A stretch of 64,000 bases of DNA from Schmidtea polychroa (taxonomy: Eukaryota). Positions 32,382-46,716 of this stretch are shown one piece after another; the stretch's first letter is position 1; each line of letters starts with the position of its first letter. The stretch covers positions 60,016,001 through 60,080,000 of the forward strand of contig CM097886.1 in the NCBI GenBank assembly GCA_044892525.1, in the 5' to 3' direction. The position numbers and the translations under genes are program-made. The notes beneath the pieces are model-generated. The model saw only the letters and a list, made by a program, of their open reading frames with translations. It was not told the DNA's origin and did not search any database.

Positions 32382-35300
32382 ATGGGGAAAAGAAAACGTA
32401 CAGCTTCAAAAACAAAGGCAAGTAAAATTGCTAAATTAGAGAAAGATGAAAAAGTTGAAGATGTTAGTCAACAAGATATTGTGCCAGAAACTGGCGATTT
32501 GAAAGATGAGAAATTAGAAAATTTCAAAAAAAAATTGGGAATGGTTAAATCAGATGAAGATTTTAAGGATTGGATTAAAGTAAAAGATTACTTGGTATAT
32601 AATCCAAGTGAAATTAAGTCATCAGAGAAGGTAATTTAGCCTTTTTGTTCCATATACTAATTAAAATTAGATTGCTTCGTTTGATTTGGATGATACTCTT
32701 ATTGTGTCCAAATCTGGGAAAAAATTTGCTGATTCGTGGAATGATTGGAAGTATGTCTTATCATTTATAAATTGAAATCAATTAAAAATGTTTGTTAGTT
32801 TTATGTATGATGAAATTCCTGGTAAATTAAAATCACTAGACGCAGATGGATATAAAGTGGTTATATTCTCAAATCAAGTTAGTGAATATTTATTTCATTT
32901 TTTAATAATTTGATTTTGGCTGAAGTAATTTTTATGTAATATTAATACAATTAATTAGTACAGTCTTAGTTGATTTTCGATATTTGGTCATAAATAAGGA
33001 ATTATTTTTGGATATTTTTAAATAATTGTATTAAAATTCGTATTACTTAAAACCTATAGCAATAATTTACCTATTTACACTCATTTTATTGATTAACTTA
33101 CCCAAATTTTTATTTAACTCTTGTGAGGGTAAATAGTTAAGTTAATTAACTTAAAATTTTATTTAAAATAATAAATAATTCATTAGGGAGGTATCGGAAA
33201 AGGAAAATTGAATGAAAAGGATTTTAAAAAGAAAATAAATGCCATTGCTGCAAAATTGGGATTTAAAATACAAGTTGAATTTTTGATTAATTCTCCTTTC
33301 TTCATCGTGATATTAGATGTTTGCAGCAACGACATACTCGAGTATTTATCGAAAACCCTGTACAGGGATGTTTGATCTGTTTGTCAAGGAAGTAATATTT
33401 TGCTAATAAATTTATGAACTATTAAAAATAGCATTACAGTATAATTCTGGAGTAGATGTGAACCATGATGAAAGCTTTTTTGTTGGAGGTAAATAAATTG
33501 TTAAATTTGTTGAAAATTTAAAAAATAATTATTAGATGCGGCTGGACGACCTGCTGATTGGATTCCGAAAAGGAAAAAAGATTTTAGTAACAGTGATAGA
33601 TTGGTAAGTTTATCATTGAATTTTATTATCGATAGTGTGTATTCTATTGGTTACTATTTTTAGATGCAACATCCTGATTGGTTGTTGAAATTTTCATTAT
33701 AATTAATCCAGGGTGTTGCATTTTGCCATGTTAATAAAGCAAATTAATAATTTGAATCATTTCTATCTTTCAATATGAGTAATTACGATAAAATATTTCC
33801 GTGAATTTCATTCATTTTTTGATGTTATAGATTTTAAACAAACTTTTAATGTTTCTATTCATTCTGTTTTTATTATTATAAATTAGTAAGCGTGTTGATG
33901 TTTAATTTGTGTACCCGTTTTATCGATTAATTATTTGATATTAAATTAATTGGATTTTCATTATCTGTATGAATCAAATTGGGGGGGGGGGCGGTTGACG
34001 ATCAATGGGAAATATCGTTGATACAAGGATATTTCTATTATAACATGTTGGGCATTTATTCTTTTCTCGCCATGAAACCTCGGTGAAAACTATACATGGA
34101 ACAAATCAGGCGAATCTACAATAATATAGAATTGGAAAGGAGGTCCCTTAAACGGAATCGGTGAGGAAATTAAGATACATTCATAAATTTAGCAGACCAA
34201 TTTAATACTGGCTAATGATTCCGGGTTTCATTAATGATTCCGAGTCAAAAATATATAAAGTAGGCGTGATTCTTACAAAAAATTGTTAAGGGAGCGGGGG
34301 AACGTATAAAATGTATCTGAGGAGCAGTAAGGGGAAAAATTGACAAATGAAAAGAAAATAGCAAAAATCAAGCAATGTAATACGAGAAGGACGTTCTTAA
34401 ATCGAAGAAGGAAAAACAACAATTAACTTTTCATATGTCGACAGATAATACGAGATAACGGATGAATCACAATAGAAATCAGAAAAGGAGAAAATGGCAA
34501 AATCAAATGTGATTTTATAATTCGACAGTTGCTTGAGATAACAGAGAAATTGCCCGCAGATTGTCTCTAAGTGCTAGGAAATGACAGCTCTAATTGAAAA
34601 GGACAGAAATCGAAACCTAGAAGTTGAAAATTAGAATCAGAGATAAATAAAACGAACAATAAAGAAAGAAGCTGCAAGAAGTGAATTAAATCAATGAAAA
34701 ATAGTGTTAAATCATCGAAGTGAAAAGACTACCAGATCGATTTACCAATTATCGGCTCAGCAGCAGTAGTTGAGTGGGTTGTGTATTGGAAATTGTTATT
34801 AAAGAATGCTATTCCTTACAAAGTTTTGTAATAAGCACTTGACATCAATTGGTTTTGGTGATGAATATTTACTGTCGAAGTAATTATTTAAGTTAATCAA
34901 TAAAGGATTATATTATCTGGAATTCGTTCTTGTTGTTACCTGATAATACACGCTTGGAGTTAGATCAATATTTGTTAATTTCATATTCAATCGACAACTC
35001 CAACATAATGTTCTATCTTACTACTATTTTTTCCTCCAAATTTTTATAACACTACTCAATGGTGGAAATTGTCAACATAAAGGCAATTCAGTAATTGTTC
35101 TTCGTAGAATTTCCATACACCCATACGCATAGGATTCCCAACATTGAACACGTATACAATTCAAAACAAAAACCTATTAAATATTCAAAAAATCAAATAT
35201 TGAGCTTTTCTGGACATCGTAAACTGACAAACATTGAGCCCGATATTACTTTAGTTTTTTTTCAAGTTAAACAAGTTATTATTATTTATAATGAAACTCT

Positions 35301-38300
35301 AATATCGCTGCTCCAGGAAGATCAATGTAACCTTTCCTAAGTGTTCTTTTTAAATCTTTCCCTTGCTTGTTTTCCAAACCGTGGACTTCCTTCCTTTCTC
35401 TTGAACATTTCCTATTTTACAGCCCCATTGAAAAGAAATGTAATCTACCCTATACGAGTTGCCATATCATCGTATATATCTTCAACATACAGCTCGGTAA
35501 GGTTATTGTCAAGTTGCTTTCAGGAGCATTTGTATTACCCAATAGATACCTCTTACGTAGTCTTTTCTGTCTCTGTAAACATTGATCCCGATATTAATTT
35601 AGTTAATAATAAAATGGTCCAACCTTCTGACTAATTATATATTTTTTTAAGTGACAATTATATTTTATTTATATGTTTAGCCATAAAATATACCCCAAGT
35701 TACTTGTCTTTATTACACATGTTCTCTGTAATGTATTGTTATATTTATTTTAAGTTTTGAATTGTAATTAGGATTTGTGATAATTTGTTATTTTTATCAT
35801 CAGGTATGTTATAAAAAAATTTTAAAAAACTATATAGTGTAATTTACTATAGTAAAAAAATCAATAACAAGAATTAAAATTTGAAAATATCCAAACTAGA
35901 TTAGCAGAATAAATCGAAAATTATAATAAGAAGATATTAGAACATTAATTGGATTCTTATCAAAGAAAAAGAAAATTATACAATTTTGGCAATTGCTATA
36001 TTATTGAAATATAATACTGAGGTTACCGATTTTGATTTAAGATAAATTAATTATAGAAATAATTCGAAAATCTTATTGTAACAGAAATACTCGATACACC
36101 ATTCTACTATCCTTATCCCGCTAAACATACCTGACAATAATAAGAAGTATTATTTTACTTGGTTAATAAATTTGTAATTTTTATTAATTGTTGTTTCATA
36201 TTTTTTTGCCATATTACATACAAGCACCCCGACTGTCCCGATACTTTTTACTGGAGACTCTGCCGGGTTCTACAAACTCTCACCACATACTAACCTGCTA
36301 TTCTCTTAAAAATCCTCAATATTCTCCATTGCATTTTATTCCCCATTTCAAAATTTTTGGTCTACTGGTACGTATAACAGTACTATAAAAGGTTCTAACT
36401 ATGCTTTCCAAATTATATTGTGCTGATAAATGAATAGTGACATTGTTAAATGAATTTTTGACCTTACAAATGTAGTTTTACAATATAAAAACTTAAAGCC
36501 CTTCAATAGAATCTGGTAAAATAACATGTTTAAATTTCTCAAAAAATATTTATCAATTTCTATTTGATTCTAAATGACAAATAGACGTTACAATATGAAT
36601 GTTTGCAAAAGGAGCTTATTTATAAACAGTTTAATTTATTTATCATATGAATGATTAAATTGTTTCGATATCCTTGATTTGAATTTGAATGTGAATTATT
36701 CAATCTACTAGTCACCGTTATCTTACGGACTGTGTTGGTACACAGAGTTATGATAAACGTGCATAGACCAGTCGGTCGCCATCGACTAGTGGCAAGTTGC
36801 ATTTAGAAAACGAATTTTTCATGTTAAATTCAATTATTATATTCATGTAAAACATAAACGTTATTAATTGCTCTGTGATTGATTGCACTTTAACATGATC
36901 ATTTGAATGTCATTATAAAAATAATTTTCTGCCTTTTAATGACTACTTGAACAACTGGTTATTATTCCATTATTATTGAGCATTTCTTTGATAAGCAGGA
37001 CATTTGTCGACAATAGTGAAATAGAATGTGACTAACTTTACATAGTAATGAATATTCCGTTTATTATTTAGCACTGACTTGTAATTGAGAATATTTCGTG
37101 ATGCCGGGACAACTTTTACACCTAGCTTGAAGTTATCATTTATCCGCTCTGTTCATCAAGGCTGCATTGTTAATGCTATGATTAATCATTTCTACAAAGC
37201 CGAACTGAGGGGCTAATTACTTCAATCATTTCATTAATATTTACAAAATTTCTATTAATATGCATATCTCATCCAAGGTACACAAAGGTTTTCATAGAAG
37301 TCTTACGACGCTGGTTGGTTTAAAGTGAACAAAAGCAATTACGTATTTTAATTTACAAAATTATTGCTGAATTGTTACATATAACGAATGAGATACTTAT
37401 TCCTGTTTCAATGAACACATGAGTTTCATATTAGGTTCAATATTTGAAAAAGAATAAATATGTTGTAGAAAATATTTTTCGTTGAAAATATATTCTGCAT
37501 TTATTGTAAAACAATTTATTTCTTTGAAAAATACATTTCTATAATATTTTTTAGATATAAATAATAAAGTTGCAAAATAAATTAACAGAACTTATCAGGA
37601 AAGATAATATTTTATAATAATAAATAAATTATATAATCAGATAACATAGGAAATTATAACGCCAAATAATGAATTTTGTATTACAAACCTCAAATTTAAA
37701 GACCTATCTCTACAACTAGCACTTCTTGATAAGAACGCTATTAGATGGGTCTTCCTTCGAGAATATATGTAAGCAATTTCCCTCTAGTTTTGTTATTTTT
37801 TAGCTGGAATAAATTAGCATAAAATATATGCTGTTGTCAATAATTCGGACTGTAATCAATAGAGTCTTCAAATATTCGAATAAATTTGTAAAATTTTTAA
37901 GAAAGGAATAATTTTCTTCGGGTGATAAATACATATTTTAAGAATAAAATTGCATCGAATGTCTCAAATTTCAAATTTGTTCGAAATTTAGTTTTAATAA
38001 CTCCCGCTGTGGAAAATACCCTTTCTATTGATGTTGACGTCGGTTTTACAGTCATTAATGTATTATATAATATATCCAACTTTTGTGTTCTCTTATTAAA
38101 GGCATCTAAATTTTTAAAATCTTTACATCTGATCTTTTCGACATGGCTAGCAAAAAAATAATAAGCTATAAGTACAAAAATTCAATATTTTTTATTATGT
38201 TATTAATTGTAAATAAGATAATAATTTATTTATTTTAATTTTTGAAAATATATGTTATAAAAAACAACAAAAAAATATGTTGAAAAATAATGTTGAATTT

Positions 38301-39776
38301 AGAAATACAAATTTAAAAAATACAAAGAAAATATTTCGAATGTTGTAAATATACATATATAAAAACAATAAAAATTAGTGAAAATTTAATTTTTAAAATC
38401 TAAATATAAAAAATATGTATAAGACGGTTAAAATTAATTTAATTTTAAAAATATATAATAACAAAGACATAATGGACAATTATTTCAACAAAAAAACATT
38501 AAATTACTTCTTCGCTGTATTTTTTTTATTTAAAATCATGTAATTTGTTGTTTTTAAGTAATTTCAAAATTCAAATAATTTCATTATTTTTGGTTTGTTT
38601 AATTTTAAATCGATAAATGAATGAATGAATACTTGCAAATTACTTCCGGGTTCGTAAACCTTTGTTTTGTTTAGAAAAATCTTATAATATAAATATGAGC
38701 GAATACTTTACGAATACTGTTTTAAAGAGATCGAATATTCGGATTGGATGCTCTAGTAATCAACCATTTAATTGCTAGCATTTGTATACATAATTGGATG
38801 ATATTCTATATATTAAATTTTGATATTTGTCTAATTAAATATTCTCAACCGTAAAAATATTATCCGACATATTACAGTTTGCTCTCAATTGTAATCTGAA
38901 ATTCTTCACTCCTGAACAATATTTCCTCCAGCAAGAACAAGCTACATTCATAATGCCTGTTTTCAGCCCAGTTGAGGCGCTGAAAACCAGCAAAGAACTT
39001 CAGATAAAATATGACAACTTTCAGAAAACTACAAATGATATTAAAGAAGTTTTACCGAAAAATTCCTCTGATTTAGTGTTGGTTATAATGGTCGGGTCGC
39101 CAGGATGTAGAGTTATTCGATAACAATTATTATCAGTTATTAATGACATTCTTTCAGCTGGGAAAAGTACATTCAGTAAAAAATATCTAGAACCGCTAGG
39201 ATTTAGCATTATTAATAGGGTAAATTGTTGATGGGCATTGAATAATTCACGGTTTCATTTTTTATTGCCCAGGATACCCTAAAAACATGGCAGAAATGTG
39301 TTGCTGAAACCAGACGACTGTTCGATGAAAAAAAGTCTGTCGTTATCGATAACACAAATCCTGATGTAGCCACACGAGAGCGATACATATCGATAGCGGA
39401 GGAGTGTGGCATTAAGCATATTATCTGCTGTATTTTAGACGTATCTGAGGAACAATCGAAACATAATGAACATGTTGGTTACGATTTTACAATTGTATCG
39501 TAGTGGTGTAAGCCATTAATCTAATTTCAGTTCAGGCAACTCACGGTGAAATCTCACGATAATGTCAGTGAAATGGTGTTCAAAATACACAAGTAGGCTG
39601 GCTGCACATGTGCAATAGATATTGATTTCCATTGTCATATTGATTGTTTCAGGAATAAATACGCTGAACCGACTGCTGGGGAAAGGTTCACTGAAATATG
39701 CAAAATTGTGCCTGGTCTAGAGTTTGATAACGAGGACCATAAGAATCTTTATTCAAAATATTTACTCGACAAATAG
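32382..39776 (+). CDS. PNKP: Bifunctional polynucleotide kinase 3'-phosphatase (spliced, 12 exons predicted)
   Basis: Exons 32382-32630, 32671-32750 (FDLDDT), 32799-32877 (VIFSNQ), 33187-33273, 33317-33391 (YRKPCTGM), 33440-33488 (SFFVG), 33536-33603 (DAAGRP..KKDFSNSDRL), 38878-39106, 39158-39219 (P-loop GSPGSGKST across the junction), 39273-39473 (VIDNTNPD), 39531-39592, 39653-39776. All introns are GT-AG and the frame is preserved. Confidence 0.93.
37860..38755 (-). mobile_element. Internally deleted hAT element in PNKP intron 7
   Basis: 8-bp TSD GTAATCAA (37852-37859, 38756-38763); termini TAGAG...CTCTA with subterminal GAATATTCGA; hAT dimerisation motif PTSTSIERVFSTAG...RTNL at 37897-38079. 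Confidence 0.9.
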
Positions 39777-40811
39777 GCTTGGTACGGTCGGCCTTGGATT
39801 CTTTGTTTTTAAATCGATGTTTTTGCTATATACTAATAATATTTCTTAGCTTTGAATTGTTTCAATATTATATTATACTTTATAATTTCACTATTTCGTT
39901 TCTTTTCCAGTTGTCGCTATTTCTATTAATTATATGAAAATTACTCGATAGAAAACTGAAATTAGTGACATCAATTTTATTAATATAATAAAAGTTTTGT
40001 TGTTGCGGGTTTTTGGTGCGAAATATTGTTTTCAACAGTTGAATTCGTTATTTCCGTCGGTGTATAATAAATGGACAATTTTATAATATAAGCAACTTTC
40101 ATTTTGCGACAAATCAATAGTGGAATAATGCTTTTTATTCATACATCCGGCTAAATTGAGAGTTAAGGTTTGAAAATTTTTTACATGGATCTGCCATTCT
40201 TGAGCTACCGGAATTATCAATTCAATTCCTGCATACTACACTTTACATACTAATATGAAATACAGCAAATTTTTGGACTAGAATTAGTTTCTAGACCCAA
40301 AGTTAGGATCGTTACAAACGTGTTAATACGCAAAACGCTTACCTAGAAATGAAGTTTATTTAAAATAAAATATCAACATCAAATAAAATAGGAAATCACA
40401 ACACACAAAAATTAAAAACATCCAAATAGTAATAAATTAAAACCCAAACAAGAAGAATTGCACGAAACATACTCAAATATAACCAAAAAAATAAATTTAA
40501 ATAAAGGCGATTAGAAAGAATTCCGTCATGGACGCCAAACGATCGATAAAAATTTCTAATTTAAAAATACAAAATTTTTGAAAAAGAATTCACAAAAAAC
40601 AATTAAAAATAAGAAATAGATTAAATTTAGCATGGAATGTTTTGGAAATGCCTAAATCCATCATGGAGCCATATACAATAAAAAATAAGTCAAAAATAAG
40701 ATTTGGTAAATAAAAAAGAAAAAATTGATTAAAATTAAGAACAGAATGTTCTAAAATTAAAATAATTAGAATTTGTTTCACTGCATTAATGCACGCACAC
40801 CAAAAATAGGG

Positions 40812-40898
40812 TATAAATACCGACGCATTTCAGTCACTTTTCACTCTTTATGCTAAGATTTTATACTTTTCATTTTACACTTGAAATTGAAAGTGAGT
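40812..40898 (+). promoter_or_regulatory. Candidate Pol II core promoter (TATAAATA, Inr TCAGTC, downstream GTGAGT donor)
   Basis: The GCATTTCAGT context matches the Inr in the gypsy LTR. TATA-to-Inr spacing is only ~20 nt, and no downstream gene was identified. Confidence 0.4.
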
Positions 40899-41832
40899 AT
40901 ATTTGATGGTTTGATGTCATTCTGTTATATTGATAATTCATAATGTTTAAATCATTTTGCATTTTCTTCCTCGTGTTTTTGGTTTTACAAGAATGAATAG
41001 GATATCGGAATACAATTCCTTACACGAGACCGAGCCAGTCCTGTACCTAATTAATTCATCATATTCGTTGGGTTCACAACCTGGAATGTATTTGGGAGCT
41101 TATATTATACTTTTGGGTCACCATAGGTCCTACCACCTTCGTAGTTTTGCCATGGAGTTCGTGGGATAAGCGCCCTCTATGATGAGGTGGCTCTATGAGT
41201 TAGACGAGAAATTAACTAATCAGGTTCGGCGTTACAGTAGATTTTGCCGTGGCGCTGATCAAACAACAATAGGGCCTACCGTAACAAGTCCAGTGTAACC
41301 GTGAAAGTAGGTAAATTTTCATTAATTTGACTGTTTCACATTAAAATACATATTTAAATTCGACATTTTAATGAGTATCAAACATAATAATATGGGTTTG
41401 CCATCCTAAGTCGAGTCGGCTACGGAGACAAACAGCTAAAATATATATCGACACAAATTCATCACAGCACAATACCTAATAATGTAGTCGTTTAGTTCTA
41501 ATAAATTTATTGAAATTTGAATAGCTTGAAAACCCCAAATATTCTCAATGACAAGAGAATCCCTGCCCAAAATTATGGAAGGGAAGTGGAAACTTACCAT
41601 CTGATATTTTGTCACGAATAATAGTAATATTCATCCTGTTAATAAGTCGAGTAATATTGTTATCTGTATTACCATTCGTTATGAAAATCAGGTTTACAAA
41701 TTATTTTGTCATAGGGATATGAAATTTGTGTTGACCACCATTATTCTATATAATACTAGTATCTATGAAAATGATTATAAATATAGGATCTATGAAGCTA
41801 TCCGATAATAATATCCATTTCATTATTTATAA

Positions 41833-42378
41833 ACTAGCCGTTGTACCCGGCTTCGTCCGAGTTTACATTTATTATAATAATTCATTTAAATTAATTTTTT
41901 TAATGATGTTATTACGTTCCAGTATTAATTTTATAACAGCTTGAATTCCATGTTTAATTCACAATAAGAAAATCTTTCAAAATAAATTTCAATTTGTAAA
42001 ATCGAAAACGCACTCCAATTTAAATCGAAAGATAACTGGCAATATTTTTCCAATTGCAAACTGGTTCACTAATCAAATAAAATGCAAATTCTCCATGTTT
42101 AAATTCTGCTTTGAAAATTTTTGACTAAATTATATTACTTTCAACTGCAAGTAGCAAGCATATAATAAATTATTATTTATATGGTAAATTTCTGACTGGA
42201 CAGACAAAAAAATCGACTAAGGCTACCCTAGTGGTGGTCACCTGGGGTGAAACATAGCCTATGACCTATCCCGAGTCAAATCAGGGTCATATACAAAATT
42301 TCATTACTCTAGGTACAACGGTGGGGAATTCTATAGAAAACAAACAAACAAACAAGCTTTCATCTGCATATATTAGAT
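41833..42378 (+). mobile_element. Non-autonomous Helitron/Helentron-like element (Lep1/DINE-1-like)
   Basis: 5' ACTAGCCGTTGTACCCGGCTTCGTCCGAG; 3' AAACATAGCCTATG...AAATTTCA...(CAAA)n...TATATTAGAT layout resembling insect Lep1-type elements (from recall). Confidence 0.6.
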
Positions 42379-44824
42379 GGCATTTGGCTACCGAATTTGA
42401 TATTACTTTCCCAATCAATGAGTAGTATTACGAACCACCTCATCATTAATAATTTGTTATTGCTATTTAATATTCTTACTATTTAATTAATAATATAACT
42501 TACCTACTATTTACTACTAACCTTAAACTCTAATACGAACTACTTGATCATCACGAATAATTTATTATTTCAATTTAATCTTATTATTATTCATTTAATA
42601 GCCTAATTTACCAATTATTATATTTATAACTCAGGTGAAATCTCCCCATTATACTTCGCTAAGTTGAATAACAATAGAAAGTTAATAGTCGGCATAAATT
42701 TTATGTATTTATAATATATAGATCCATAAAGTAAATTTTTCCGGTAAAGATGTTTTTCATTTTACCCAAAAGCTGTTGAAAGGATAATTTATAGGCCTAA
42801 ATTTCTTCTAAGTATAATATATGAATCCACAAAGTAGATTTCCTAGTAAAATGTACTCCATTATATACTAATGAAAACGGTTAAATCGGAATGTCAATAA
42901 GACAAGACAAACACAGATATAAAATGTTTCCCCACCAGTTCCTTTATATCACATGATTTTCTAACTTTAGTTATTGTTACGATGACTATCAGATAAATAT
43001 TCAAATCATGAAATTAAAGTGATTTAAAATAAGATTTCATTCAAAGGTTGTTCGGCGGCTAGACATATTAGGACCAATCCAAAGGGGAATATATTTAAAA
43101 TTGACTATATCTAGCCATAGTTAATCTACGAAATTAAATTATTGGTAACTTAAATTATTACTAAATTGTAATGTTGTAATGAGTACAAATGTATGATTTA
43201 GACACCGTTAATTATTTACTAAAATTTTCAAACTACCATTATAAAAATTAATTTAAAAAAAATTAACAGACAGACCCAGACCCAGCCCGTCTTCTGCAAA
43301 TCGCCATCGAATGACACAACTGGAAGAAAAAGAAGCCCAAGGCGTCGAGAAGATAGTGATGCCAAAATCAATCACTCGACTTCGGATCGATTTCGCATAA
43401 AATCCACTCATGGACTGACGGATACCCAATAGAACCCAGCCATCATATAAAGATCGTCCACACGGGAAGAGCGCCAGACACTCTAGTTTGAATAAAGCAG
43501 AAAATCAACCTAGGCCGGGAGGCCCTAATGCAATCTATTACGGATATTGGACTTGCAGTGGGCCGGCTCCGGCAGATCGAACATCAGCTCTAAACTGGGA
43601 AGCTAGAAACCCTAACGAAAATGCCCTAGCAGAGATCGAGGTCGACTGGATAACAGGTATTCAAAGGTGTCAGGAACGAGCCTACACCAGCTCGACAAAC
43701 GTACAATCACCACAATCAGCCGTACCCAGAAAACGAGGATGTCCCCGAAAAATGGATAGAAGGGACTGAAATGATCGACAAGGGTCCCATTAACGACACA
43801 TGTATTCTTTCGATGTTGTTCATTGTGGACCATTAAATTCCAACTGGTTATTATTAGTAATGTGTAACTCTGTGTGCTTGTATTCTCAACATTGTGACGA
43901 ACTGGCTTTTATCCATTTACTTTCTTTTGACATTATGTATTAACTTTACTCTTACTTTCTGCAGTATAATAGTTGTATTGGATATATTTTTGTTTTGATG
44001 AGGTTTGGGTTTTCATTTTTCATTAATTTAGAAAAGTATTTTAAAGATGTTTTAGGCTTCGTTTTCTTCGCACTAGAAGGGACTAATAAAAAATTCTTAA
44101 ATTTGACTCAATAAATATTTCCAATTAAAATTAGAATTGAATGTTCTGTCGCTCGGCCTACCTGGATGTCACCTAATATAAAGTTCGTGGACACTTTATA
44201 GAATAAACTTTGATGATTTAAAGAGGATGTAACCGATTGAAACACGGTATAACCTCAAATTAATATCGGTTTAATAAGACATCAACAAGTAATCTTTTGA
44301 ACTTCACGTGTTTTATTATTTAGTGTTCGAACTGATGGGAAATATGTGCAAGGACCGTGAGCAGGAGCACCAACAAGTAGAGAAGATGCAGCCTCGGATA
44401 GCCAAATTTGAAGGACGGTGCGAGAACTCGAGAGCACATGGTTTTGACTCGCAGAGATTAAAAAACGCTTGAAGTTGATTCAACAACTTCAACTTCAGAG
44501 CGCCCAGGATAAAACCGAGATTCGTGCTCTAAAGATTCAGGTCCGGAAGTTGGAGACTCAGCTCCATCAGGAAGTTTTTGACCAAAATGTGACCGAGCTG
44601 GTCCGTCCCCTGATGATAGAATTCGCGGAAATCTATCTGCCGGCACAACCCAACAAACCGAAACAGAAGCGATTGGGTTGTGATAATCGGGAAAGACTGA
44701 TGAGACTTCGGCTGGCCAACCAAACCCAGCCGAAGGAAATTGACTAACTATAGATTCTTGGTTGTGTAAATAGTTATGAATAAATGTGTGTTATTAGAAA
44801 TGTATTTACCAGTAAAATGATGAA

Positions 44825-45881
44825 TGTGGGAAAACAATCTAGCAAAGGGACCAGTATAAATCGGACATAAGCCTTCTATCGGCAGTCCGTGAACCCAAAT
44901 GAGTTCTTTACAATTATAGTGCAAGCAATGCGCTAACTTTTTGTGAGCACTCATCTACTTGATACAGCACCAACATTGATCACTCAATTGGTATCAAGGA
45001 GTAAGACACTATTGTATTCAGGGTTACGCTGAAAGCAGCCAACGAGGTAAAATGGATGGTTACTTGTGACCCATCAATAGGGTGACCATCTGCTGGTATT
45101 TTCAAGGGACAATCATGTATTTTCATCAAATATCCCGTATTTGTCCAATTTGTCCAGTATTTTTCCAAATGTTAGAATTTTTATACTTTTTCTTCCACTT
45201 TAAGCCAATTTTCTACGGGGTTGCAAATCAAAAATACCTACTAAGTTTTTCATTCAAATTTTAGCAAATTAAATTTTTTGGTAACTGAGATTGAAAAAGG
45301 TAGAAAAAAATTATTAACGTAAAGTAATTTTATTTCAATTTTTCGGATTTTTTTACACAATTTGCAATATTTTATACTGAAATATGCCTTTTAATGTGTT
45401 GTTAATAATTTTAAATTGTTTATAGTCAATTATGAAAATAAAAGCTTCATTAAAAATAGTCTTTTAGCAATAGTAATTGTTATGTCCAAAAAGTAAAAGT
45501 TTAGTCTTATTCCTGAAGGAACTACAGTATAACACTTAAAAAAACAGTTTTTAAAAAAATGTATTTATTGTAGTAACTTTTTTCAATATCAGTTACCAAA
45601 AAAATTAATTTGCTAAAATTGGAATGAAAAACATAGTAGGTATTTTTGATTTGCAACCTCCTTGCAATTTTCATAAACTTTACCATAAAATCTCAAAAAA
45701 GAGCATTTTTTCATATTTAATATCTAAAAGTAAAATTCAGGTTAAATCGGCTTTAATAAAAAAATTTACAATGTCCCGTATTTTTTCAAATTTGCCTGGT
45801 CACCCTACCCATCAAATATAAACGAATATAATATAAAGTAGGGTGAGGTTGCAGATGGCTACAGGGTGCATGGAACTAACA
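44825..45881 (-). repeat. Repeat family A, LTR-like copy interrupted by a hAT MITE
   Basis: Homologous to 27587-27895; ~319 bp after removing the MITE and one TSD; starts TGTTAGT and ends CCCACA on the minus strand. Confidence 0.5.
45078..45807. mobile_element. hAT-type MITE (730 bp)
   Basis: TIR TAGGGTGACCA / TGGTCACCCTA; exact 8-bp TSD CCCATCAA (45070-45077, 45808-45815). Confidence 0.92.
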
Positions 45882-45894
45882 TCTACTTACTTTT

Positions 45895-46440
45895 TAGGTT
45901 CAGTTCAGATAACTGATACATAAACACCATTATCACAAATAATCAGGAGGATCGTTTGTGCTTTCTTATCCTCAATTACTCTTGTAATCTTTCCGTCAAA
46001 TTCAATGATACACAAGGTATCTGTTTTATTGTTTGGGGATCTTCCACGATGAAATTTGAACTTGTTATTAAGCATTGTCTCATCTCTTTGGACAATTATT
46101 CCCGGCCCTCTTAGCTTATTGTTTCTAAAGCCAAAATCATTTATTTTAGATTTTATCTTTTGAATTATTTTTTTTATTAAGGCTTTGCATAGTTCAGGTT
46201 TCCACAAGCCCATTTTACAATAATTTTAAGAATGATTAAGAACTCTTTATTAAAATCCGCAAAAAATGATCCTTTTTTATTGAATATCTTTTGAAAATTT
46301 TGGCTCAATATTTTGTATAACATATCATGTAAATTCTTCTTTTACACTTTTGAAGACTTCAAGCTTCATATAATTAGAGCAATCTTCACATTTCATTTTT
46401 CCATTCTTATAAGGTTGTTCTTCATAAGATCACATAACTC
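45895..46440 (-). pseudogene. Merlin / IS1595 (ISXO2-like) transposase remnant
   Basis: LRGPGIIVQRDET...KFKFHRGR...IEDKKAQTIL..I; upstream CxxC (KCEDC); stops and frameshifts. Confidence 0.75.
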
Positions 46441-46716
46441 TTTTTTATTACACCTTGTCAAGATTTCTAGAAACTGATCAGGATATTATAAATGCAAAAT
46501 AAAATCACATATATTATAAATGCAAATTCCTGTATAAAATAGAATATTTTATTATTTATAATACATCAATGACATACATCAAATAAAATACATCAAACAA
46601 AAGGCCATTGATCGGCAAAGTCACTTGCAACAGGCATTTATTGGTCAAATAATTGTGCACAATTTCTAATGGAAACGGGTAAAATCGGAATGTCAATAAG
46701 ACAAGACAAAGTAAAA

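Noticed and set aside
32382-32639. 85-aa stand-alone ORF
   Set aside because: It is exon 1 of PNKP read into the intron.
33981-33991. G11 run (possible G-quadruplex)
   Set aside because: Single intronic homopolymer with no supporting context; length is unreliable in assemblies.
43270-44747. GC-richer decayed ORF pieces (RKRGCPRK, coiled-coil 44469-44747)
   Set aside because: Probably old retroelement debris, but no family-defining motif could be supported.
44864-44977. HDV-like ribozyme reading of the motif on the opposite strand
   Set aside because: P1 would be only 3-4 bp, L3 lacks the conserved G, and wobble pairs become A-C mismatches on that strand.
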